DNA of 64,000 nt, taken from NCBI GenBank assembly GCA_963932545.1, contig CAWVRH010000010.1:5587-69586 (forward strand). Reading direction: 5' to 3'. The first letter of the stretch is position 1. Each line of letters starts with the position of its first letter. Below are positions 9,669-18,075 of this stretch, piece after piece. Source of the stretch: an uncultured Rhodobiaceae bacterium. Its GTDB lineage: Bacteria > Pseudomonadota > Alphaproteobacteria > RS24. A program made the translations under genes and the position numbers. The notes beneath the pieces were generated by a model. That model was not told the origin of the DNA, did not search any database, and saw only the letters and a program-made list of their open reading frames with translations.

Positions 9669-11561
9669 ATGAAACTTAGTGTTTGGCTAACCGCCGCTTT
9701 ACTCGCTGCGCCGCTTGCTGTGCAGGCTGCCCCAGAAGACCGCAAGGCTTTGTTCGGGGAAACCCATTTGCATACCAACCTATCTTTTGATGCGTTTATT
9801 TTCGGCAACCGCAATGGCCCAGACGCCGCTTATGAATTTGCGAAAGGCAAAGCCATTCAGCACCCGTCAGGCTTTGAGATGAAAATGCGTGTGCCGCTCG
9901 ATTTTCAGGCAGTGACCGACCACGCCATGTATTTAGGTATGGTACCGGCGATGTTCGATGAAACGACATCTGTCAGCCAACACCCAGTGGCCGGTGGTCT
10001 GCGTAACGCGGAAACGGCCTCGGAGCGTCGCGCCGCCTTTGGTGCCATGATGCCTTATATTGGTCAGCAAGTAGAAGACGATTTGTTGGATATGAATATC
10101 GTGCGCTCTACTTGGGAAGACATTAAACAGTCTGCCAATCGCCATAATGACCCGGGCAAATTTACCGCGATGATTGGATATGAATATACCTCGTCGCAAG
10201 ACACGTTTGAGAACCTGCACCGCAATGTCTTGTTCCGTGGCGATGCGCCAGCCGAGCCGTTTTCTCGTCTCATCTCTAAAAACCCGGAGAATCTCTGGCG
10301 TTGGATGGATAGCATTCGCGAACAAGGCATGGACTCGATTGCCATTCCGCATAACTCCAATGGCTCCGATGGCTATATGTTCGACGATGAGACCTTTGAT
10401 GGCGCGCCGATTGATAAAAAATACAGCGATATGCGGATGCGAAATGAGCCTTTGGTGGAAATCAGCCAAGTGAAAGGCACATCGGAAACGCACCCATTGC
10501 AGAGCCCGAATGATGAATTTGCGGCTTTTGAAATTATGCCTTACCAAATCGCGACTTGGTATGAGAGCCGAGTGGAAGGCTCTTATATTCGCGATGCCTA
10601 TAAGCGCGGTCTGCAAATGCAGGCGCGGGGACAGGGAAACCCTTATAAATTTGGTCTGCTTTCGGCTTCCGATACGCATGTGTCGGCGGGCGCGTTTGAC
10701 GAATATGACTATTGGTCCAAAATCGGCTTGGTAGATGCCAATGGCCTTTTGCGTGGCTCGGTTCGCCTTAGCTGGACGCAACGCTTGGGCGCACAAATTT
10801 TCCGTCTTCGCAATTGGTGGACGCAAGCAAATACCTTAGAAGGCGCGCGCACTGGCAACCCACCTAAGAACCCCGCCCCTGGCTTTTTGCAGATGCAGTG
10901 GTCGAGCTGGGGTGCTTCTGGTTTGGCGGGCGTTTGGGCCGATGAAAACACCCGTGGGTCTATTTTTGATGCCATGCGTCGTAAAGAAACATTTGGCACC
11001 AGTGGCCCGCGTATGCGGGTTCGGATGTTTGCCGGCTACGGCCTGCAAGCCAAATGGCTCGACGATGCGCAATTGGTTAAAAAAGCCTATCAACGCGGCG
11101 TTCCGATGGGCGCTGATTTGAAAGCGCGCAAAGGCAAAAGCCCAGACTTCCTGATATGGGCGACGCGTGACCCTGGCAGCGCGCCACTGCAGCGTTTGCA
11201 AATTGTTAAAGGCTGGGTCGATGGCGAAGGCCAAGCGCATGAGAAAATTTACGATGTCGCTTGTGCAGGCGGTGTCTCGCCCGATGCGAGCACCAATCGT
11301 TGCCCAGACAATAATGCCGTTGTGGATACCAAAACTTGTGCCTATAGCGCCGATACAGGCGCCAATGAGCTGAAAGCCCACTGGCAGGACCCGCAAAGCA
11401 CAGCTGGTGAAAACGCCTTTTATTATGTACGCGGTATCGAAAACCCAACGTGTCGTTGGTCGACATGGGATGCCATTCGGGCGGACAGCCTGCCAAATCC
11501 ATCGTTGGCGAAAACCATTCAAGAACGCGTTTGGTCGTCGCCTATCTGGCTTGAACACTAG
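9669..11561 (+). CDS. exported DUF3604-family protein (PHP-like predicted metallo-phosphoesterase)
   Basis: Signal peptide MKLSVWLTAALLAAPLAVQA. His/Asp motifs GETHLHT, VTDHA, IPHNSNGSDG and SASDTHV. 630 aa. SD GGGAGAG. Confidence 0.7.
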   Translation: MKLSVWLTAALLAAPLAVQAAPEDRKALFGETHLHTNLSFDAFIFGNRNGPDAAYEFAKGKAIQHPSGFEMKMRVPLDFQAVTDHAMYLGMVPAMFDETTSVSQHPVAGGLRNAETASERRAAFGAMMPYIGQQVEDDLLDMNIVRSTWEDIKQSANRHNDPGKFTAMIGYEYTSSQDTFENLHRNVLFRGDAPAEPFSRLISKNPENLWRWMDSIREQGMDSIAIPHNSNGSDGYMFDDETFDGAPIDKKYSDMRMRNEPLVEISQVKGTSETHPLQSPNDEFAAFEIMPYQIATWYESRVEGSYIRDAYKRGLQMQARGQGNPYKFGLLSASDTHVSAGAFDEYDYWSKIGLVDANGLLRGSVRLSWTQRLGAQIFRLRNWWTQANTLEGARTGNPPKNPAPGFLQMQWSSWGASGLAGVWADENTRGSIFDAMRRKETFGTSGPRMRVRMFAGYGLQAKWLDDAQLVKKAYQRGVPMGADLKARKGKSPDFLIWATRDPGSAPLQRLQIVKGWVDGEGQAHEKIYDVACAGGVSPDASTNRCPDNNAVVDTKTCAYSADTGANELKAHWQDPQSTAGENAFYYVRGIENPTCRWSTWDAIRADSLPNPSLAKTIQERVWSSPIWLEH

Positions 11562-11578
11562 GACTGAAGACAACACGC

Positions 11579-12412
11579 ATGAAGCAAAAATTGAGCACGC
11601 TCTTGCGCGACCGACTGGTTTGGTTCGTCGCCTTGGGACTTGGGCTATTTGCCCTCGACTATGCCAGCGGAAAACGCTTGGAAAGCCGCATTCTGGTTGA
11701 TTTGCCTTTGGTTGAAAAACTCGTGGCGCAATGGGAAGGCCAGACCAAACGCCGCCCCAATGCGCAAGAATTAGATGCCTTGGTGGAAGGCTATATTCGC
11801 GAAGAAATTCTGGTTCGCGAAGCCAGACGCCTCGGCTTAGATGATGAGGATGTGATTATCCGTCGTCGTTTGGCGCAAAAAGTTGAATTCTTTCTCGATG
11901 AAAACAACCCACCAGAGCTGCCCAATGAAGCGGGGCTGAAGGCTTGGTTTGACCAAAATCGGGCGGCCTATGATACGCCAGCCAAATTAACTTGGCGCCA
12001 TATCTATGCCAGCGACGAACCCCAAGCGCAGGCCTTATTGGCTCAAGTGAGGGGCAAAGATGCCAAAAATTGGCGCGCGTTAGGTCAGCCATTTATGCTG
12101 AACCGCGCGTATACTCGCCAAGACCAACTAGAGATGGCGCAAATTATGGGTGCTGAGTTCGCCGCCCAAATGTTTGATACCAAATCCATCACAAGCCCCA
12201 ATGATTGGGTGGGCCCGATACGTTCGGCCTACGGCTGGCATGTCGTGGCCGTGGATACGCGTTATGAAATTCGTCCCGCGCGCTTTGCGGAAATTGCCGA
12301 AAAAGTGGCGAGAGACTGGGCCAATGAGCAGGGGCGTATCGCCAAACTGGAAGCTTGGCGAGAGCTTCGGGCCTCTTATGATATTGAGCTGGTTCCGGTA
12401 GAAGAACAGTGA
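11579..12412 (+). CDS. membrane-anchored parvulin-type peptidyl-prolyl isomerase (SurA/PpiC-like)
   Basis: N-terminal TM segment LVWFVALGLGLFAL, a helical chaperone-like region, and parvulin signature GPIRSAYGWHVVAV. Confidence 0.65.
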   Translation: MKQKLSTLLRDRLVWFVALGLGLFALDYASGKRLESRILVDLPLVEKLVAQWEGQTKRRPNAQELDALVEGYIREEILVREARRLGLDDEDVIIRRRLAQKVEFFLDENNPPELPNEAGLKAWFDQNRAAYDTPAKLTWRHIYASDEPQAQALLAQVRGKDAKNWRALGQPFMLNRAYTRQDQLEMAQIMGAEFAAQMFDTKSITSPNDWVGPIRSAYGWHVVAVDTRYEIRPARFAEIAEKVARDWANEQGRIAKLEAWRELRASYDIELVPVEEQ

Positions 12413-13419
12413 TGACACGGTTGCCTTCTCTCTTATTTGGCTTGCTTTGGGTCTGCATGGGGCTATTGGCGCCCGCCCAAGCCCATGAAGTGCGACCCGG
12501 CTATATTGAAATTACCGAGACCGCGCCCGACACTTATCAGGTGATTTGGAAACAGCCCGTGCGCGATACCAGTCGGTTTGAAGTGGCGGGGCTGGGCTTG
12601 CGTCCGGTGTTTCCCGAGGTCTGTACGCGGCTTGGCAATAGTCATATGCAGCGCCGCCCTGGCGTATTGATTGAGCGCTTTCAATTGGCCTGCGATGGCG
12701 GCTTGATGGGGCAAATAATTGGCGTTGAGGGCTTGCAAAAAACCATCACCGATGTGTTTGTTCGGATGCGCGGGCTAGATGATAGCTCGACCAATTTGCG
12801 CCTCACGGCGGAGGCACCCGTGCGAAAATTCAGCGGGGGTGGTGAGGGTCTGTCGGCTTATTTTGGTCTCGGCGTTGAGCATTTGCTATCGGGCGTCGAC
12901 CATATTCTATTTGTTTTGGGGCTGGTGCTTTTGGTGCGGGGCTTGCGCAGTTTGGTCTATGTCATCACCGCCTTTACTGTGGCGCACTCGCTGACTTTGG
13001 CCTTGTCGATATTCACCTCGATCACCGCTCCCTCGGCAGTGGTGGAGGCGATTATCGCCTTGTCGATTTTATTCCTCGCCGTCGAATGGATAACGCCGGA
13101 GGCTCGGCGCTCGAAAATAGCCACACGCTATCCCCAACTCGTGGCCTTTGGCTTCGGGCTTTTGCATGGTTTTGGCTTTGCCGGTGTCTTGGGCGATATC
13201 GGCCTGCCGCGCGATTTGGCACTACCAGCTTTGGCGTTGTTTAATGTGGGACTGGAAGTTGGCCAGCTTATGGTTGTGGCCGCAGCCTTGGTGGCGGGTC
13301 GGTTTTTGGCCAAACCCGTCTCCCGCTATCCGTTGATAGGGCAAGTGCCGATAGTTCTTATCGGCGGGGTTTCGGTATACTGGCTCGTCGATCGGATGAG
13401 CGGTATTTGGGCTGGCTAA
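12412..13419 (+). CDS. HupE/UreJ-family membrane protein with a long N-terminal periplasmic extension
   Basis: Signal peptide ending AQA. HupE signature GVEHLLSGVDH at the first TM of the core, followed by about 6 TM helices. The ATG overlaps the preceding TGA (GTGATGA). Confidence 0.7.
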   Translation: MTRLPSLLFGLLWVCMGLLAPAQAHEVRPGYIEITETAPDTYQVIWKQPVRDTSRFEVAGLGLRPVFPEVCTRLGNSHMQRRPGVLIERFQLACDGGLMGQIIGVEGLQKTITDVFVRMRGLDDSSTNLRLTAEAPVRKFSGGGEGLSAYFGLGVEHLLSGVDHILFVLGLVLLVRGLRSLVYVITAFTVAHSLTLALSIFTSITAPSAVVEAIIALSILFLAVEWITPEARRSKIATRYPQLVAFGFGLLHGFGFAGVLGDIGLPRDLALPALALFNVGLEVGQLMVVAAALVAGRFLAKPVSRYPLIGQVPIVLIGGVSVYWLVDRMSGIWAG

Positions 13420-13425
13420 GCGAGC

Positions 13426-14268
13426 TTACTCGGCAGCTTTTTGCGCGGCCTTATCGGTAAACACCGCCGCACGACCTTCCAGCTCGGCTTTCACCGCTTC
13501 GATTTGATTGGGCGAGCCAATAATCTCATCTTGCAGCACGCTTTCCAGCATCAATGTTTCGGCTACAAACCGGTCGGCTGGCTCGTTGAAAAGCTGTTTG
13601 GTGGCGCGGATGGCGTCTGGGTTGCGCGCGGCAATGGCCGTGGCGGTTTCAAAAGCCGCGGCAAGCGGGTCGTCGCAAATGCGGGTCAAGAAGCCGTGTT
13701 CATAAGCTTCTTCGGCCTCAAAAATACGCGCTGTCATGGCTAATTCTTTAACAATGTCTTCGCGCGCCAAACGCGCCATCACATGGGTGGTGCCCATATC
13801 TGGCACAAGGCCCCAGCGCGATTCCATGATGGAGAATTTAGTGCCGGGCGCGGCGTAGCGCATATCGGCGCCCATAAATACCTGAAACCCACCGCCCAAG
13901 GCAAAGCCCTGTGCGGCTGCAATGACGGGGACTTGGACTTCGCGCCAAGTGAAAGCTACTTTTTGCGGCCGATTGGCAAGGCCGTGGCTGCGGGTTTCTA
14001 GCGGTTGGCGCTCTTTGCTATTGCCGCTCACGCCAGCATCGCCGCCGTCGGCCATGGCTGCAAAATTACCCATATCGAGGCCTGCGCAAAAAGCACGACC
14101 TTCGCCAGAAAGAACCACGGCGCGAAGACTTGCGTCGGCTTTGACCCGCTCGCCAGCTTCGATGAGGGCATCCATCATCTCGGCATCTAGGGCGTTCATT
14201 TTGTCGGCGCGAATAAGATGCACATGTGCGATGTGGTTCTCTACGCGATAGTCAATCCGGTTTTCCAT
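13426..14268 (-). CDS. enoyl-CoA hydratase/isomerase family
   Basis: 280 aa. HLIRADKMNAL and SGEGRAFCAGLDMGN are crotonase motifs. The start lies 2 nt after the stop of the upstream kinase. Confidence 0.85.
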   Translation of the reverse strand: MENRIDYRVENHIAHVHLIRADKMNALDAEMMDALIEAGERVKADASLRAVVLSGEGRAFCAGLDMGNFAAMADGGDAGVSGNSKERQPLETRSHGLANRPQKVAFTWREVQVPVIAAAQGFALGGGFQVFMGADMRYAAPGTKFSIMESRWGLVPDMGTTHVMARLAREDIVKELAMTARIFEAEEAYEHGFLTRICDDPLAAAFETATAIAARNPDAIRATKQLFNEPADRFVAETLMLESVLQDEIIGSPNQIEAVKAELEGRAAVFTDKAAQKAAE

Positions 14269-14270
14269 GG

Positions 14271-15734
14271 TTATTTCCTTCCTTGGCTTTTGTGACGAGA
14301 CATAAAATTTTCATGAAGTTGAGCGTAACCCGCATGAGCTTGCTTGTCAGGGGTAAACTGTGCGCTGGGCTGATAGGCCACATGTGCGGCTTGGCTCACG
14401 GTATCAAACACACCTTGCGCCGTTGCCGCCAGAAGCGCCGTGGCAAAAGCACAATCGCTTTCGCTGCCAGCGCGAAGCTCGACGTTCAGCATATCGGCTA
14501 AAACTTGGCAGAAAAACGGTGCCTGCGAACCACCGCCCAAAACGTTAAGGCTTGTCGGTGTTTGGCCCAAGCGCTGCGTCATGTCTTGCCAAATAGCGTT
14601 GAGTACATGGCCGACGCCCTCATAGGCTGCACGCGCGATGGCGCTGCTGGTATGGCCGCGCGTTAGGCCGCGCATTTGGGCGCTTAAGGTGGCGTCCCAA
14701 AAGGGCGCTCGGGCGCCGGATAGATAGGGATAAAACAACAAGCCATCGGCGCCCATTGGGGCTTGGCTGGCGGCTTGGGTAAACTCGGATGGGCTGAGGT
14801 TGGGCGTCAGGGTTTGGCGCACCCAATCTATGGCGCCCATGCAATCGCTCATGCCAGCTGCGTGATAGTGTAAGCCCGACACAATATGCGGGTAGAAGGA
14901 GACGGGCGCAAAGCTCGTGGTGTTGGCGCTGGTCAAAGCCAATACGCCGGCCGAGGCTAATTTTAAGCTGGCCATATCCGCGCTCTGCTCGCCTGCGCAT
15001 AGCCATTCCATCGAGGTGTCTATGGCGCCTTGATAGACAGGCACGCCCTCGGGTAAACCGAACTCGCGCGCGCTTTTGGGGGTTACTTCGCCGGCTTTAT
15101 CTGTGGGGGCCAGAAGCGGGGCAAAGGCGGTTTTGGGTAAGCCGCTCCTCGCTTGTAACTCGGGGTTCCAAGTGCCGTTTTTATTGGCCATCATCGAGCC
15201 TACGGCCTCGGTGGCATCGGTAGAAAACGCATTTGTCAGTTGGGCGCGCAGCCAGTCTTTGGCAAAATATAATCGCTCGGTTTTAGCTACAATCTCTGGC
15301 TCATGTTGGCCCAACCAAATCAGCTGCGGCAACGTCCAAGTCGCATTAGGGCGATTGCCCGTTGTTGCTTCGACCTCGCCGTTTGCCGCCAACTCGGCGG
15401 CGATGGCGGCGGCGCGTTGGTCATCCCACAGGATGGCATTGCGTAAGGGCTGGGCTTTGGCATCGCAAAGCACGCCGATATGCGCGCCACCTGAAAAGCT
15501 AATGCCTTGAACCAAGCCCATGTCATCGCCATGGGCTTGGTTCAATTGCGCCAGTGCCTCGGCCATGGCTTGGCGCCAAATGGCAGGCTCTTGCTCGCTA
15601 TGGCCAGCCTCGAGGGGATAGGTTTTGACATTGGCGCGCACTAAGTCGCGGCGTTCCACAGAACTGCCATCTGCATAAAGCAGGCAGGCCTTGACGCTGC
15701 TGGCGCCTAAATCAATGCCGAGAAAAAAACTCAT
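14271..15734 (-). CDS. FGGY-family carbohydrate kinase (xylulokinase/gluconokinase-like)
   Basis: 487 aa. N-terminal FLGIDLGASSVKA actin-fold phosphate-1 motif and C-terminal GGGSQ motif. Confidence 0.8.
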   Translation of the reverse strand: MSFFLGIDLGASSVKACLLYADGSSVERRDLVRANVKTYPLEAGHSEQEPAIWRQAMAEALAQLNQAHGDDMGLVQGISFSGGAHIGVLCDAKAQPLRNAILWDDQRAAAIAAELAANGEVEATTGNRPNATWTLPQLIWLGQHEPEIVAKTERLYFAKDWLRAQLTNAFSTDATEAVGSMMANKNGTWNPELQARSGLPKTAFAPLLAPTDKAGEVTPKSAREFGLPEGVPVYQGAIDTSMEWLCAGEQSADMASLKLASAGVLALTSANTTSFAPVSFYPHIVSGLHYHAAGMSDCMGAIDWVRQTLTPNLSPSEFTQAASQAPMGADGLLFYPYLSGARAPFWDATLSAQMRGLTRGHTSSAIARAAYEGVGHVLNAIWQDMTQRLGQTPTSLNVLGGGSQAPFFCQVLADMLNVELRAGSESDCAFATALLAATAQGVFDTVSQAAHVAYQPSAQFTPDKQAHAGYAQLHENFMSRHKSQGRK

Positions 15735-15744
15735 AAGTGCTTAT

Positions 15745-15780
15745 AAAACCAAAAAGGGCGCCTGCCTATAGCCGACGCCC
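15745..15780 (-). terminator. candidate intrinsic terminator or attenuator hairpin just upstream of the FGGY kinase start
   Basis: On the minus strand, GGGCGTC-(11 nt)-GGCGCCC (7 bp with one mismatch) is followed by TTTTTGGTTTT. The U-tract ends 10 nt before ATG 15734. Confidence 0.35.
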
Positions 15781-16012
15781 CCGATTTTAATCTTGGTTGG
15801 ATTTAAGGTCAAACCCAATTACTTTTGCGCGTCCTTGGACAGCGAAGGCTGCTCCACATTCCTAATTCCACGCTGGCTTTGAAACCTCAAATGCTTCCGA
15901 TAAATAGACAATGGATCACCTCCTTTCGATTGTTAAAATTACCCTCAAAATCCTAAGCTGATTTGATTCTGCTGCCAAAAGCTTTATGCTGGAGCGACCT
16001 ATAGGAGATGAC

Positions 16013-16660
16013 ATGCTGCGCTATCAAATTATTCCCGTGACGCCGTTTCAGCAAAACTGCACGGTATTTTGGAACGAAGAAACCAAGAGGGGCGGCATTG
16101 TCGACCCCGGCGGCGACCTTGCGCTTCTAGATAAATTTATCGATGAGCAAGGCATTAAGGTGGAAAAGATTTTGGTGACGCATGGCCATCTCGACCATGC
16201 GGGCGCCGTGGCACATATGGCGCAAGCGCGCGCCATCCCGATTATTGGCCCGCATAAAGACGATAAGTTTTGGATCGATGGCATGCCAGATGCCGCTGCT
16301 CAATACGGCTTTCCCGAAGCCTTGGCCTTCGAGCCCGACCAATGGCTAGAGCATGGCGATAGCGTGGACGTAGCGGGGGTTACGTTCGATGTGGTGCATT
16401 GTCCTGGCCATACGCCGGGCCATGTTGTGTTTGTGCAGTCGCAAGATAAAATTGCCATGGTGGGCGATGTTATTTTTCAAGGCTCGATTGGGCGCACAGA
16501 TTTCCCCAAAGGCAATCATCAGCAGCTCATCGATAGCATTACCGAGCGCCTGTGGCCTTTGGGCTTGGACATTACGTTTATTCCAGGGCACGGCCCCACG
16601 TCGACTTTTGAGCATGAAAAGAAAACCAATCCGTTTTGTTCTGACGCGGCGCTAAATTAA
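16013..16660 (+). CDS. MBL-fold metallo-hydrolase (glyoxalase II / YcbL-like)
   Basis: HxHxDH motif as THGHLDHAG. Start is ATG 16013, 5 nt after AGGAG. The track start 15986 has no SD. Confidence 0.8.
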   Translation: MLRYQIIPVTPFQQNCTVFWNEETKRGGIVDPGGDLALLDKFIDEQGIKVEKILVTHGHLDHAGAVAHMAQARAIPIIGPHKDDKFWIDGMPDAAAQYGFPEALAFEPDQWLEHGDSVDVAGVTFDVVHCPGHTPGHVVFVQSQDKIAMVGDVIFQGSIGRTDFPKGNHQQLIDSITERLWPLGLDITFIPGHGPTSTFEHEKKTNPFCSDAALN

Positions 16661-17067
16661 TGGCGCCAGACTGGGTCTTGAACGAGAGACTAGAGCAAGA
16701 CAGTTTTTGGCTCGGCACACGCGATGGCGTCGAGTTTCGTTTGATGAAGGATGCTCGCTACACTTGGCTGGTTTTAATACCGCAAGTGCCCGAGGCCGAA
16801 GATTGGCACGATTTGGCCGAACCGATGCGGAGCCATTTATTTACGTTATCCATGCACGCTTCGAAAGTAGTGAAGCAGGCCTTGAGTGCCGATAAAATGA
16901 ATGTCGCGAACCTTGGCAATATGGTGCGCCAATTACATGTGCATGTGGTGGCGCGCCATGTCGGAGACGCGGCTTGGCCCGGCCCCATTTGGGGCGTTGG
17001 CGAGGCGCAGGCTCATGCGCATCCAGAAAAAAGCATCCAAGAGATGCAGGACTTATTAGAGTTATAA
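16660..17067 (+). CDS. HIT-family protein
   Basis: 135 aa. Histidine-triad-like block NMVRQLHVHVVARH. The ATG overlaps the upstream TAA (TAATG). Confidence 0.65.
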   Translation: MAPDWVLNERLEQDSFWLGTRDGVEFRLMKDARYTWLVLIPQVPEAEDWHDLAEPMRSHLFTLSMHASKVVKQALSADKMNVANLGNMVRQLHVHVVARHVGDAAWPGPIWGVGEAQAHAHPEKSIQEMQDLLEL

Positions 17068-17082
17068 GGGCGTACCGGTTTT

Positions 17083-17805
17083 ATGAGTGTTCTCACGAAT
17101 AGTTTTCCAGAGCAATTTCGCGCCCTTGTGTTTGGCGCCAGCGGCGGCATTGGCGCAGCGCTTATGGCTGCTTTAGCGCCGCGGTGCGCGGTCACTGGGG
17201 TGGCGAGAAACCCGACGGGCGATTTGTTGCAAGGCGATATTTGCGATGAGGCCAGTCTGGCGGCTTTGGCGGAGACCCTAAAGGGCGAGTGCTTTCATTT
17301 GATTATAAATGCCACCGGCCTGCTGCATGATGCGGACGCTGATTTGCAGCCCGAAAAAGCTCTCAAGCAATTAGACGCCGATAAAATGGCACGCGTCTTG
17401 GCTGTTAACGCCATTGGGCCAGCCATGGTGTTGAAGTATTTCTTGCCGCTTTTGGCGCGTGAAGAGAAGGCTGTGATGGCGCATCTTTCGGCGCGCGTTG
17501 GCTCTATCTCCGACAATCGCATGGGCGGTTGGACCAGCTATCGGGCGGCCAAAGCGGCGCAAAATATGATTGTTAAAAACGCCGCCATTGAGACCGCACG
17601 ACGCGATAAACAAAAGATTATTATCGGCCTGCATCCTGGCACGGTGGAGACTAATTTATCGGCCCCGTTTCGCGGTGGCGTAGCGGCATCGAAACTATTT
17701 ACCCCAGACCAAGCGGCGGGTTATTTGCTGGATGTTATAGACACGATGACGCCCGAAAATAGCGGCCATGTTTTCGCGTGGGACGGAAAACAAATTCCGG
17801 CATAA
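17083..17805 (+). CDS. short-chain dehydrogenase/reductase (SDR)
   Basis: FGASGGIGAAL Rossmann motif and catalytic YRAAKAA (YxxxK). Confidence 0.8.
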   Translation: MSVLTNSFPEQFRALVFGASGGIGAALMAALAPRCAVTGVARNPTGDLLQGDICDEASLAALAETLKGECFHLIINATGLLHDADADLQPEKALKQLDADKMARVLAVNAIGPAMVLKYFLPLLAREEKAVMAHLSARVGSISDNRMGGWTSYRAAKAAQNMIVKNAAIETARRDKQKIIIGLHPGTVETNLSAPFRGGVAASKLFTPDQAAGYLLDVIDTMTPENSGHVFAWDGKQIPA

Positions 17806-17820
17806 GCCAGCATCCGGGTT

Positions 17821-18075
17821 TTATATTATTTCCAGTCGACGGAAATCGGCTGGCAATTTATGACCTTCAAAATCAATATGCACAATGTTCACCTTGTGGC
17901 GACGACACCAAACTTGCACGCCCCAATCGGTGAAGCCGACATCCATGGCGGCATAATTTTGCAGGCTCTCGGGCGGGGTTAAGTTGGCTACTTCATCGGC
18001 GCATTTGGAGCAGGCAACATAATTGGTAATGCTGAGGGCGAGGGCCTCTTTCGGCAGGGTTGGGTCTTGGCTCAT
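17821..18075 (-). CDS. 84-aa hypothetical protein with CxxC...CxxH spacing
   Basis: C22-S-K-C25 and C57-R-R-H60. The ATG overlaps the photolyase TGA (ATGA). No family recognised. Confidence 0.55.
   Translation of the reverse strand: MSQDPTLPKEALALSITNYVACSKCADEVANLTPPESLQNYAAMDVGFTDWGVQVWCRRHKVNIVHIDFEGHKLPADFRRLEII

Noticed and set aside
9933-11576. Long minus-strand ORFs (297 aa at 9933-10826 and 246 aa at 10836-11576) antisense to the DUF3604 gene
   Set aside because: Both are Arg/His/Ile-rich shadow translations with no motifs, no SD and no signal features. The plus-strand frame has clear family motifs and a signal peptide.
15912-15927. A possible 16S rRNA gene remnant, because of the identical 3'-tail sequence
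   Set aside because: The identity stops after 16 nt. The flanking sequence does not resemble helix 45 or the ITS, and there is no rRNA operon context.
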